Part shown: positions 1-7,543 of the stretch, one piece after another
Numbering within the stretch: position 1 is the first letter of the stretch
Layout: each line of letters begins with the position of its first letter
Virus record (IMG/VR): IMGVR_UViG_3300027838_000028
Coordinates: 1 to 29,795 of that record
Length of the DNA stretch: 29,795 nucleotides
Source: a virus
Taxonomy: Duplodnaviria; Caudoviricetes
Direction: 5' to 3' (one strand)
Program-made: the position numbers and the translations under genes
The notes under the pieces: model-generated
What the model saw: the letters and a program-made list of their open reading frames with translations, nothing else
Told to the model about the DNA's origin: nothing
Databases searched by the model: none

Positions 1-630
1 CGCCACCCTCGCGCCGTCGACGTTGATCGCGCCGGTGCCGTGCTTGAGCACGTTTTCGGCGACGGTGCCGATAAGCGGTTTGCGGGCGACCGTGATCGGC
101 TCGAGAGCCGGTTTGAGAGCCGTTCCCCATCCCTGCCATTGCTCGGCGTCGGGGGTTGCGGGAGCGGTGACAATTCGAGCGCCATCGCTATTTCCCACCA
201 TGCCATGAGGTGCGCCGTCGTCCGCTTGAAACGACCCCGCCGAGCGCCTGCAGCTGTGGGGTGATTTTCCGACGACCTCGCGCTCGGCCCCTGCGGCTTT
301 GTCGATCGCTTTGCTCACGTCGAGCGACTTTGGAAACCCCGAGCCATAAACCCATGCGATCATGTCGCGAATCTCGAATCCCGCATCCTCGATATTGACC
401 GCCATCCGGTGCTGAGTCCGCGTGCCGGCAAACGCCAGCAGATGGCCCCCAGGCTTCAACAGCCGCAAACACTCCCGCCATACGTCAACGGTCGGAACGT
501 CGTAATCCCACGCCTTACCCATGAAAGAGAGGCCGTAGGGCGGATCTGTAACGACCGAATCAATACACGCATCGGGCCACTGTTTCATGGTGGCGAGACA
601 ATCACCGACGTACAGCGTGTTCCGTTTCAA
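1..630 (-). CDS. DNA methyltransferase, N6-adenine/N4-cytosine beta class (3' end outside window)
   Basis: Not in the ORF track; translated by hand from TTG at 630: MKRNTLYVGDCLATMKQWPDACIDSVVTDPPYGLSFMGKAWD...LRLLKPGGHLLAFAGTRTQHRMAVNIEDAGFEIRDMIAWVYGSGFPKS...WGTALKPALEPITVARKP. Has DPPY motif IV; frame stays open to position 1; TTGA overlap with the upstream stop. Confidence 0.92.
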   Translation of the reverse strand, partial: MKRNTLYVGDCLATMKQWPDACIDSVVTDPPYGLSFMGKAWDYDVPTVDVWRECLRLLKPGGHLLAFAGTRTQHRMAVNIEDAGFEIRDMIAWVYGSGFPKSLDVSKAIDKAAGAEREVVGKSPHSCRRSAGSFQADDGAPHGMVGNSDGARIVTAPATPDAEQWQGWGTALKPALEPITVARKPLIGTVAENVLKHGTGAINVDGARVA

Positions 631-899
631 TTCTCCCCCCGATCCTGAAAATATGGGTGCGTTCCATCCAGTCGCGTGATTATCTCATTCACCAGCCTTG
701 CAAGCGTCCCGCCCGTTCTGGCCGCTATGGCTACGTCGACCTGTTCTTTCGTCGTCATCTTATCCCAGCAGCCCGGGCATACGTGCCGCTCGCCAGGCTC
801 ACCCGACAAGTTTATCGCGTATGGTTCGTGGTCGTCGATCGAATCACGGCAAGCCAAGCAGATCCATAGCCCAGCGCCGGGGTTCGTTACTCTAACCAC
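627..899 (-). CDS. Small Zn-finger-like hypothetical protein
   Basis: CLAC...CPGC pairs; fills the gap between coupled genes; GTG start at 899 is inferred. Confidence 0.6.
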   Translation of the reverse strand: MVRVTNPGAGLWICLACRDSIDDHEPYAINLSGEPGERHVCPGCWDKMTTKEQVDVAIAARTGGTLARLVNEIITRLDGTHPYFQDRGEN

Positions 900-1492
900 C
901 AGACGGCAAATTCGCCGACAGCAACGGTCATCCCGACCATTTCCGCAAAATCGTTGACGGCCCGTGTGACGGTGACTTTCCCGACCTCGACCCCCGGCAG
1001 AAGGTAATCGTGGCCACAGAGCACGCCCCCGGGACTCTCGCCACGGTCTGACTTGAGTTTCGTCCACCACAGTTTGCAATCCTGCAAGACGCCGGAATAG
1101 CTGTGATCGGCATCAATGAACACAAAATCTAGCGATCGGCCCCGTGTGCCCCCAGCGGCCTTGGCCGAGGTATTGCGTGAGATTTTGCCCCGGCCCTTAG
1201 CGCCCACCGACCCCGTGACGGCGATCGTGGCCGCCAGGTTGGCATCGTGTTCGGCCTGGGTCTGCGTGCTAGCTTCGTCCCCGGTCGCGGCGTAATCGCT
1301 ATCCGGTGCCGGCACGGCCCACGTATCGACCAGCGACAACCGCAAGTACGGGAAAGCGTGCAACAGATCTGCCGACAGATCGCCACGATAGACGCCTACC
1401 TCGACCCCGTTCCTTACGCTGGCCTCGGGGAACTTGCGATGCAGGAGCTTGATTAGTTCGCGGCCCCGGCCGGTGTACTTTCGTTCGTTCAT
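887..1492 (-). CDS. Class I SAM-dependent methyltransferase (Methyltransf_24-like)
   Basis: GVEVGVYRG motif I, VDTW, LDFVFIDADHSY, GGVLCGHDY; GGAG SD before ATG 1492. Confidence 0.88.
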   Translation of the reverse strand: MNERKYTGRGRELIKLLHRKFPEASVRNGVEVGVYRGDLSADLLHAFPYLRLSLVDTWAVPAPDSDYAATGDEASTQTQAEHDANLAATIAVTGSVGAKGRGKISRNTSAKAAGGTRGRSLDFVFIDADHSYSGVLQDCKLWWTKLKSDRGESPGGVLCGHDYLLPGVEVGKVTVTRAVNDFAEMVGMTVAVGEFAVWWLE

Positions 1493-1505
1493 TTCGTGAC
1501 TCCGT

Positions 1506-2075
1506 TCAAACGTGTTTGACAACGTAGGCGGGCGGGTCGCATTTTATTGTAGCGAAACGAGCCCAGCCGGAAAAAAATAGCATCCCCACGGGCAGCGTAC
1601 CGGGTGCCCCACGCCAGTCGAAAATAAACATTCCGCCGGGCTTCAATACCCTGTACGCCCCGGCAAGCGATTCTACTATGTAGCCACAATTAGGCTCGGC
1701 TGTCTTGGGATCGGAGACGGCGTGCTTGTGGGCCCACTCCGAGTGTAGCCAATTTATCGCGCACACGATGTCGAATGATTCGGCGGCGTATGTCCCCTTG
1801 GCCAGCGATTCGTGGCGGACGTGCCGGCCAGTGCGGGCGGACGCCAAAGTAGAGTGCCCGAGTTCAATATCAGACCCCCGCAGTAAATTGGAATCGAGGC
1901 CCCGGCTGGCTAGCAGCGCCAGTAGGTCGCCGTTGCCACATCCGGCGTCAAGAACATTGTCGCCACCGGGGCGATGCTCGGCGATCCAGTCCGCTATCGC
2001 CGGCAACGTATCGGAGGACCGTCCGCCATCTTTAAGCCAGGGGTGAATCTTAGACTCGTTCGTCGAATCGTTCAT
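1506..2075 (-). CDS. Class I SAM-dependent methyltransferase (Methyltransf_11/25-like)
   Basis: VLDAGCGNG motif I, SFDIVCA, YRVLKPGGMFIF; start at ATG 2075 inferred. Confidence 0.88.
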   Translation of the reverse strand: MNDSTNESKIHPWLKDGGRSSDTLPAIADWIAEHRPGGDNVLDAGCGNGDLLALLASRGLDSNLLRGSDIELGHSTLASARTGRHVRHESLAKGTYAAESFDIVCAINWLHSEWAHKHAVSDPKTAEPNCGYIVESLAGAYRVLKPGGMFIFDWRGAPGTLPVGMLFFSGWARFATIKCDPPAYVVKHV

Positions 2076-2628
2076 GTGGTCCCATCCAATCCATGTACCC
2101 ACTCGCGTTCCACGGCAAATAGTAGTCGAGCAGTTCGGTTTTCGCGGCTTCGTCAATTTCGATCTTAGTGCCTCCCTCGCGTCCTGCAAAGGTGAAAAGT
2201 TTACCCTTCCATACTTGGCTCACAACGTAGTGTAATAGCTTGTGCTGGGCGTGGCCGTATTCACCAGCCGATCCGTGCGTCAGAACGGCATCGGGCCCAA
2301 AGTCGAAAAGCTCCAAGCCGAGCCGGCTGGCCATCTGGCCGCCGATTATGGCCCAAGACGCGCGGGGGAAGTCCTCACATTGGCTACATCCCCAGTTTTC
2401 CATGTCGGCCTCCAGGTGGCTCGCGACATTCTCGGCGGCCGTTCTCAGCTTGCCGGCGTGGTTGTCGCCCTTGTGCGGGTTATTGTGCTCCCAGGCGGTG
2501 GCGATACAGATCGCGATCGGTACGCCCTTCTGCGACAGCATCGACAGCAGCCCACCGCAAAAGAGGGCTTCGTCGTCGGGGTGGGCCACCACCACTAGCA
2601 GACTTTTAACGTCAAGGATTCCGGGCAT
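2050..2628 (-). CDS. PIG-L/LmbE family N-acetylglucosaminyl de-N-acetylase
   Basis: VVVAHPDDE metal-binding motif and VLTH...GEYGHAQH (HxxH) motif; GGAGG SD before ATG 2628. Confidence 0.9.
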   Translation of the reverse strand: MPGILDVKSLLVVVAHPDDEALFCGGLLSMLSQKGVPIAICIATAWEHNNPHKGDNHAGKLRTAAENVASHLEADMENWGCSQCEDFPRASWAIIGGQMASRLGLELFDFGPDAVLTHGSAGEYGHAQHKLLHYVVSQVWKGKLFTFAGREGGTKIEIDEAAKTELLDYYLPWNASGYMDWMGPHERFDERV

Positions 2629-3547
2629 CGTGAACCTCCAAAACAGAGTCGAAAATACCAAAGTACCCCGGTGCAACTTCGGCCCAGTCGAATCGGCCGA
2701 TGTTTTTTTCCATGTTGCCGGCCGAGGCCATCCATTCGTGGGCACCGATCGCCCAGCAGACGGCCCCCAAGAGAAACCGGGGCTCAGAGACGACCCAGCC
2801 GCTACGTGGCCCGCCATCGCTGCGCCAGTCGCTCCCGACCAACTCCCGCACTATCCCAACGTCAGTCGAGACAACGGCACAGCCGCAAGCCTGAGCTTCC
2901 AGCGCCACGTTTGGGACACCTTCCATGTCGGACGTGACCACCAGCACGCGGCCGGTGCTGTACCAGTCGCGCATTTCGGCCTGGGTGTAGAGTTCGCCCC
3001 CGTGTGGATCGACGGCGCGAATGTCCATTGTGATACCCGATTCGGCCAGTGGTTCGACCAGATCCAGGGCCCGCTGATAGCCCTTTAGATACTGCCTTTT
3101 CTCGTTCGACCCTTTGACGCCAGCGCACCACAAGACGCGCGGAGCACGCCCCAGGGGCGGCGTAGTGGGGTAGAAAATCGAGCGATCGACGCCCGGGCCC
3201 CCGAGGATAATCCCAGCGTTGGCCAGATCAGGCGCAAGGTAGGCGTGCCACGATATGGCGACAATCGCGTCCGCGTGGGCGATGGCGTCCCTCATGCGGT
3301 CCCGATCCCTCGGCCAGCCCGTATTCCAAGACGACACGATAACGGCATCGTCGGGCAAGTCCTGGCGTGTCTGAGCGATCCGGTCGCCATTTAGCAGAAA
3401 ATTTACGTCGTGGCCGGCTGCTGGCAAGTGACGACGCCAGAGCACGATGTCGACTTCCCAGTCGGCCGGCGCGTACTTCTGGAGCGCCAGCGCTCGATTG
3501 TGCAAACACCAGCCCTCTTGGTCGATGATGATTCGGAGCCGTTTCAT
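2612..3547 (-). CDS. Glycosyltransferase, GT-B fold (GT4-like)
   Basis: GVDRSIFYP, a KG motif and the EGVPNVALEAQACGCAVVSTDVG EX7E signature; ATGA overlap with the upstream HTH gene. Confidence 0.9.
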   Translation of the reverse strand: MKRLRIIIDQEGWCLHNRALALQKYAPADWEVDIVLWRRHLPAAGHDVNFLLNGDRIAQTRQDLPDDAVIVSSWNTGWPRDRDRMRDAIAHADAIVAISWHAYLAPDLANAGIILGGPGVDRSIFYPTTPPLGRAPRVLWCAGVKGSNEKRQYLKGYQRALDLVEPLAESGITMDIRAVDPHGGELYTQAEMRDWYSTGRVLVVTSDMEGVPNVALEAQACGCAVVSTDVGIVRELVGSDWRSDGGPRSGWVVSEPRFLLGAVCWAIGAHEWMASAGNMEKNIGRFDWAEVAPGYFGIFDSVLEVHDARNP

Positions 3548-3792
3548 TCCTTGGGTTCCTTTACGATGCCCTTGATACCAAGCTGGAAGTGATAGCCAAC
3601 CGCCTTGAACATGGCGCGGAGCGTGGCGATCTTGGGAGCCACCAGACAGCCCTCGGTGAGCGACCAAAAGGCTTGGCTGATCCCCGACGCCTTAGCGGCT
3701 TCGGCCTGGGTCATCCCCGCGCCCTTGCGGAGTTCGGCCAGCAGCCGGCCCACGGCGGGCGGGTCGATGTCTTTGCGGTTAATCTTTGCCAT
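3544..3792 (-). CDS. XRE/Cro-family HTH transcriptional regulator
   Basis: LAELRKGAGMTQAEAAKASGISQAFWSLTEG...PKIATL; GGAG SD before ATG 3792. Confidence 0.85.
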   Translation of the reverse strand: MAKINRKDIDPPAVGRLLAELRKGAGMTQAEAAKASGISQAFWSLTEGCLVAPKIATLRAMFKAVGYHFQLGIKGIVKEPKE

Positions 3793-3794
3793 GT

Positions 3795-3896
3795 CTACTC
3801 CGTGATAATAGCCAACCAGAACGATGTCCAGAAAGCCGTATGTACGATGATAAGGGCGATGGCCGCCCGGGTGAGAATTTCGACTAGGCGGTTCAT
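3795..3896 (-). CDS. Small hydrophobic (single-TM) protein, 33 aa
   Basis: Hand translation MNRLVEILTRAAIALIIVHTAFWTSFWLAIITE; ATGA-coupled to the upstream ORF and fills the gap. Confidence 0.55.
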   Translation of the reverse strand: MNRLVEILTRAAIALIIVHTAFWTSFWLAIITE

Positions 3897-4156
3897 TGTT
3901 TCTCACTTTCCGTGGCGAGATACTCGGCGATGTCGGCGCTGTCTGCCACGCGACGGTTGCCAATTTCTCGGATAGCTTTGTCGAGGAATCGGAGGAGCCT
4001 GATCGCCTCGCCGAGCGAAAGGTGGGCCCACTCGTCCCCGCCATCTATTGTCAGTGTCGCGCACATTCCGCGCACCGATCCGGCTACAATACACCCGTGC
4101 CCGCTACTATCTTCCGTGCATATTCTGGTGTTTACTTGTTTAGCTTTTCGTCTCAT
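3893..4156 (-). CDS. Hypothetical protein
   Basis: ATGA-coupled on both sides within the operon. Confidence 0.6.
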   Translation of the reverse strand: MRRKAKQVNTRICTEDSSGHGCIVAGSVRGMCATLTIDGGDEWAHLSLGEAIRLLRFLDKAIREIGNRRVADSADIAEYLATESEKQ

Positions 4157-4395
4157 TTCGTGCCCTCCGATAGATCGGTGAGTCGGATAGTTCTGGCCTT
4201 GCCCGGTTCGCGGGTGAGGAATCCTTTGCGGGCCAGCGATGCGACGTGCCGAGCGATTGAGTTCGTCGACGCGAACCCGAGGCCCGTGGCTAGCTCGCGC
4301 ATTGTCGGCGGGTAGTGGTTGCGAGCGATAGCCGAGACAATGGCGTAGTACACTCGCCTCTGGCCCGGTGGTAGTTGATCTGGTGTCTTGCTCAT
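4153..4395 (-). CDS. LexA-type winged-helix DNA-binding domain protein without the peptidase domain
   Basis: QRRVY...YPPTMRELATGLGFASTNSIARHVASLARKGFLTREPGKARTIRL matches the LexA N-terminal domain; only 80 aa. Confidence 0.9.
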   Translation of the reverse strand: MSKTPDQLPPGQRRVYYAIVSAIARNHYPPTMRELATGLGFASTNSIARHVASLARKGFLTREPGKARTIRLTDLSEGTK

Positions 4396-4601
4396 TTCGC
4401 CCCCCCCTCCAACTGCTTTTTCAGATTCTCGACGAACCCAAGCAGATTGGCAAAGACTTCGGGCTCCATTTCGATCCGGTTCCGGGGATCGTCGTCGTAG
4501 CCGTTGTTTGTCATGATCGCGACCGCAAAGCCGTCAAACTCCGCGTACACGCTGTCTCCGAGATAGACCGGGCCGTCGTTGGCTGTGAATGATTCAGGCA
4601 T
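4392..4601 (-). CDS. Hypothetical phage protein
   Basis: YLGDSVYAEFDG...IEMEPEV; AAAGGA SD; coupled to the LexA-like gene. Confidence 0.7.
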   Translation of the reverse strand: MPESFTANDGPVYLGDSVYAEFDGFAVAIMTNNGYDDDPRNRIEMEPEVFANLLGFVENLKKQLEGGAK

Positions 4602-4605
4602 GGCT

Positions 4606-4899
4606 CTAGGTTCCTTTCGAGTTGATTCTATCGGCTACTTGCTGGGCTTCCGCTCTGGCCGCTCCGAGGGCCGAGCGGGTCGTCTTGCAACTCTGCGAAT
4701 ATCCTTCTCCGCAATAGATAATCTCAATCCCGCGTTTCTCGGCTACGGCGGTATTCAGGGCCTTGAGCCGCTCGGCTCCGGCCGGTACGACCTGCACCGC
4801 GACGTAGGTGTCGGGCCCGCCGAAGCCCCCGGCCCCTGATCCGACCGACTTCTGCGATCGTTCTTCGACGTAGGCGGTGGTTTTTGTGGTGGCGGTCAT
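4606..4899 (-). CDS. Hypothetical protein (early array)
   Basis: AAAGGAG SD inside the junction repeat. Confidence 0.7.
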   Translation of the reverse strand: MTATTKTTAYVEERSQKSVGSGAGGFGGPDTYVAVQVVPAGAERLKALNTAVAEKRGIEIIYCGEGYSQSCKTTRSALGAARAEAQQVADRINSKGT

Positions 4900-4907
4900 G
4901 GCTGTGC

Positions 4908-4937
4908 TCCTTTCAAGAGGCTGGTCTAGTTAGGCGT
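4908..4937. repeat. Junction repeat copy 1 (30 bp)
   Basis: tcctttcaagaggctggtctagttaggcgt, 29/30 identical to 5280-5309. Confidence 0.95.
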
Positions 4938-5271
4938 AGCTGGTGAAGTGCTTGGGCTGGCCGTCCCAGAGCCGGGCCCGTTCGTAGGAGGAGATTCCGA
5001 CGATGGCCTCGCCGTCCCAGACTTCGACCTTGCGGCGGAAGGCGGCCATTCCGTTCGTGTACTGGCCGAGCCTGGGCGTGATGTCGCCCTGCATGTCGAG
5101 GTTAGGGTCGTCGGTCTTGGCGGTTTGCAGTTCCCGCACCGTGACCGTTTTCGCGGTGGCTCGCGTGACCTCGTAAAAGTCCCAATTCGTCTGATCGTAT
5201 CCCCAGCTTGCGGCTAGGATGTCGCCGGCTTTCAGGCCGTGGTTCGCGGTGGTGGCTTGTGTCGTTTTCAT
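4930..5271 (-). CDS. Phage/MGE hypothetical protein with SWGYDQTN motif
   Basis: GDILAASWGYDQTNWDFYEV; I recognise this motif from mobile-element proteins, function unknown. Confidence 0.75.
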   Translation of the reverse strand: MKTTQATTANHGLKAGDILAASWGYDQTNWDFYEVTRATAKTVTVRELQTAKTDDPNLDMQGDITPRLGQYTNGMAAFRRKVEVWDGEAIVGISSYERARLWDGQPKHFTSYA

Positions 5272-5279
5272 GGTTCTGG

Positions 5280-5309
5280 TCCTTTCGAGAGGCTGGTCTA
5301 GTTAGGCGT
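5280..5309. repeat. Junction repeat copy 2 (30 bp)
   Basis: tcctttcgagaggctggtctagttaggcgt; the overlapping 5267-5287 also matches 5624-5644 at 20/21. Confidence 0.95.
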
Positions 5310-5628
5310 TCGAGTTGATTTTGTCGTAGTCCTTGACCCAATAAGCGTGAAACTCGGCGGCCGGGTGATCGGCGGCCCAGTCGGGCCTCTGGGCACCGAT
5401 CCGGGGAAGCCAGCCTGCATGATGGTCGTCGGTTTCCAGTTCGGGCAGGGCGAGCAAGGGGCCGATTCCGATGAGCCTGTAGGATCGGTCGAGGACAAAC
5501 ACCGACCCGCTGGGCAGATGTTTGACGATGACGTAGATGTCGGCTGGCGTGATCCACCGGAATCGCGGGTCCGTGATCTGCCAGAGCGAAACGGGGAGAG
5601 TCCGTTTTTCTGAGTGGTGGTAGTTCAT
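5302..5628 (-). CDS. Hypothetical protein (first gene after the leftward promoter)
   Basis: AAGGGA SD in the partial junction repeat; stop lies inside repeat copy 2. Confidence 0.7.
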   Translation of the reverse strand: MNYHHSEKRTLPVSLWQITDPRFRWITPADIYVIVKHLPSGSVFVLDRSYRLIGIGPLLALPELETDDHHAGWLPRIGAQRPDWAADHPAAEFHAYWVKDYDKINSNA

Positions 5629-5681
5629 GGTTCTGGTCCCTTCGTGGCCTGCGGTGGTTGTCGTCCCTTTCCTTCCCCCTT

Positions 5682-5711
5682 ATTATAATCGACAGTTATA
5701 ACTCCCGTCAA
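5682..5711 (-). promoter_or_regulatory. Leftward sigma70-type promoter
   Basis: Minus strand TTGACG (5711-5706), 18 nt, TATAAT (5687-5682), in an AT-rich divergent gap. Confidence 0.8.
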
Positions 5712-5785
5712 TAGGGGATCTGGCCGAAATTGAAAGTTTTTTTGCCGAATCGCGAAAAGCCTATAAAACAAGGGTTTTAGCGGGG

Positions 5786-5813
5786 TTGACTTGCCCGGGG
5801 CCGCCGCTAAGAT
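5786..5813 (+). promoter_or_regulatory. Rightward sigma70-type promoter
   Basis: TTGACT (5786-5791), 16 nt, TAAGAT (5808-5813), upstream of ORF 5865. Confidence 0.7.
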
Positions 5814-5864
5814 AAGAGGACGACACAGGACGAACGGGGACACCACCGCACGGAGCCGCATCAG

Positions 5865-6104
5865 ATGGCCAGAGCCCGCAAAAAACGAACGAATAATATC
5901 CCGCCGAGGGACGCCTGGCTCACCTACGAAGAGGCCGGCGAAGCCCTGGGAGTCGAGGCGAATACGGTAGCAAAATACGCCACCCGTGGCCTAGTCCGAA
6001 GCCGACGGCGCAAGTTGACGCTGGCGACGTGGAAGGTCAACGGCCGGCTACGGATCACGACCGCCGAAGCGATCGAGAATTTTCAATCCGCGATGAACGA
6101 ATAG
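5865..6104 (+). CDS. Excisionase/MerR-like HTH DNA-binding protein
   Basis: WLTYEEAGEALGVEANTVAKYATRG...KVNGRLRITTAEAIENF. Confidence 0.7.
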   Translation: MARARKKRTNNIPPRDAWLTYEEAGEALGVEANTVAKYATRGLVRSRRRKLTLATWKVNGRLRITTAEAIENFQSAMNE

Positions 6105-6112
6105 GAGACGGA
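6095..6112 (+). repeat. 18-bp RBS-containing direct repeat, copy 1
   Basis: gaacgaataggagacgga, identical to 6522-6539. Confidence 0.9.
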
Positions 6113-6116
6113 CGAC

Positions 6117-6515
6117 ATGGGGATAGCTAGAAAAAAGATGGTGCGACTAACCCGGCGTCAATACCGGCAACTAGAGGACTTTATCACCGCCCACGAAGAA
6201 GATATTAAGGCGGGCCGGATCGCTAAGTCACGGATTGCCCAGATGGCTATGATAGCGCTGCCGGAATTACCCCGGGACACCAACAGAAGCCACGTAGGGA
6301 CGGCGGCCGAAGCGGTTAGTGTCGACTTCCCGCCGGAGAAGAAGCCGAACAAGCCGAAGCCGGCCAAGAATAGCACAGACGGTGACGGGCTGGACATCCT
6401 CGCGAAGCAAGTCGCCGCGATACTCTCCGTGTGCGAAATAAGGCATTTGCCGGAGTTCACCGACCGCTTTTGCAGAATGAATACGGCTTCGCTATTCGAC
6501 GAACAAGACGACTAA
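6117..6515 (+). CDS. Hypothetical protein
   Basis: AGGAG SD; flanked by the 18-bp repeats. Confidence 0.7.
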   Translation: MGIARKKMVRLTRRQYRQLEDFITAHEEDIKAGRIAKSRIAQMAMIALPELPRDTNRSHVGTAAEAVSVDFPPEKKPNKPKPAKNSTDGDGLDILAKQVAAILSVCEIRHLPEFTDRFCRMNTASLFDEQDD

Positions 6516-6521
6516 TCTAAC

Positions 6522-6539
6522 GAACGAATAGGAGACGGA
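6522..6539 (+). repeat. 18-bp RBS-containing direct repeat, copy 2
   Basis: gaacgaataggagacgga. Confidence 0.9.
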
Positions 6540-6541
6540 AT

Positions 6542-7543
6542 ATGTTTGCGACAGACGATAGAGCATCACGATGGCTGGACACGCTCGGAGCGCCGTGGGA
6601 CATCACCAGCAAGGCGATGTTTACAGAAATGGCCCCGAATTGGGACGCCGTGAACTGGGGCCGCTCGGAGGTCAAGGTCGAGTCGGCGATCAGGGAGTAC
6701 GGCGGGCTCATGGACTCAGGCAGCCCGGCCCCTGCCCCGATCCTCTGGAAGAACCCGGCCGGGCTGTACGAAGTGCTGGACGGGATGCAGAGGATGCTAG
6801 CGGAGGAGCGCCGAAAGCCAACATACTTCACGGCCTACATCGTCAAGACCGATTCGTTGTCGCTGGTCAAGAAAATCCGGGTGTTCGCGAATCTCCGCCT
6901 TCAAGGTGGGCACCAAGAAACGGCCGAGTGGACATTGAACCGGGCCGTCGAGCTACTGATCGGGGACGGCGACATGACCGCCCTAGAGGTCGCCGAGGCG
7001 GGCGGCTGGGCCCCAAGCGTGGTGCGAGAGAAAAAGGTCGTCATGGAGTGTGCGAGGCGGCTGGCGAGCGCTGGCGGCCCCGAGAATCTACCGGACTCGA
7101 TTGTCCGGCTGATCGCCCGAAGTTCCCAGGTTAAGGACTTCAAGGAAGCGCCGGGGGCGATCGCGGCGGTGGCTGGTGATCTAAAGAAAATGAGGATGTC
7201 GGCCGCCGATGCGGAGCCGTATGTCGAGGACTTTTTTAACGTCAAGCGGAACGGCGGCAAGCTGTTCAAGGCTTTCGACAAAAAGCTGAAGGAGTTCCGC
7301 GAGGACGAATATGTCGCGTCTCGGCTGGCTGACCCGGCTCGCATCCGGCACCAAGCGATGGCCCCGGACGCGAAGCTAATCAAGGCCCTGCGGTCTACCT
7401 TAACCACGGCCAACCGGGTGCTAGAAGCGGAGGAGCCGATCGCCAACATGGCCGAGTTTTTCCTAGTGTCCAATCAGATCAAAAAGACCCTCGACAATAT
7501 CGCCAAACTATCGGCCAACAAGCGGAGGCGCAAGCGTGGCTAG
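6542..7543 (+). CDS. ParB/Srx-like N-terminal domain protein with probable HTH
   Basis: PAPILWK...YEVLDGMQRMLA (ParB-like DGxxR), then an HTH-like MTALEVAEAGGWAPSVV. Confidence 0.7.
   Translation: MFATDDRASRWLDTLGAPWDITSKAMFTEMAPNWDAVNWGRSEVKVESAIREYGGLMDSGSPAPAPILWKNPAGLYEVLDGMQRMLAEERRKPTYFTAYIVKTDSLSLVKKIRVFANLRLQGGHQETAEWTLNRAVELLIGDGDMTALEVAEAGGWAPSVVREKKVVMECARRLASAGGPENLPDSIVRLIARSSQVKDFKEAPGAIAAVAGDLKKMRMSAADAEPYVEDFFNVKRNGGKLFKAFDKKLKEFREDEYVASRLADPARIRHQAMAPDAKLIKALRSTLTTANRVLEAEEPIANMAEFFLVSNQIKKTLDNIAKLSANKRRRKRG

Noticed and set aside
188-481. ORF-track minus-strand 97-aa ORF and the short plus-strand ORFs at 23-650
   Set aside because: They are shadow frames of the DNA methyltransferase at 1-630, which the track missed because its stop lies outside the window
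2240-3088. Long plus-strand ORF (282 aa); likewise antisense ORFs such as 24974-25990, 6901-7473 and 28611-29348
   Set aside because: They lie antisense to well-supported genes, have no motifs, and are expected in GC-rich DNA
4908-5309. Integron attC sites or a CRISPR array
   Set aside because: GCCTAAC matches the inverse core, but there is no downstream GTTRRRY or long palindrome and the junction is only ~40 nt; no integrase is seen; the intervening sequences are whole genes and no cas genes are present
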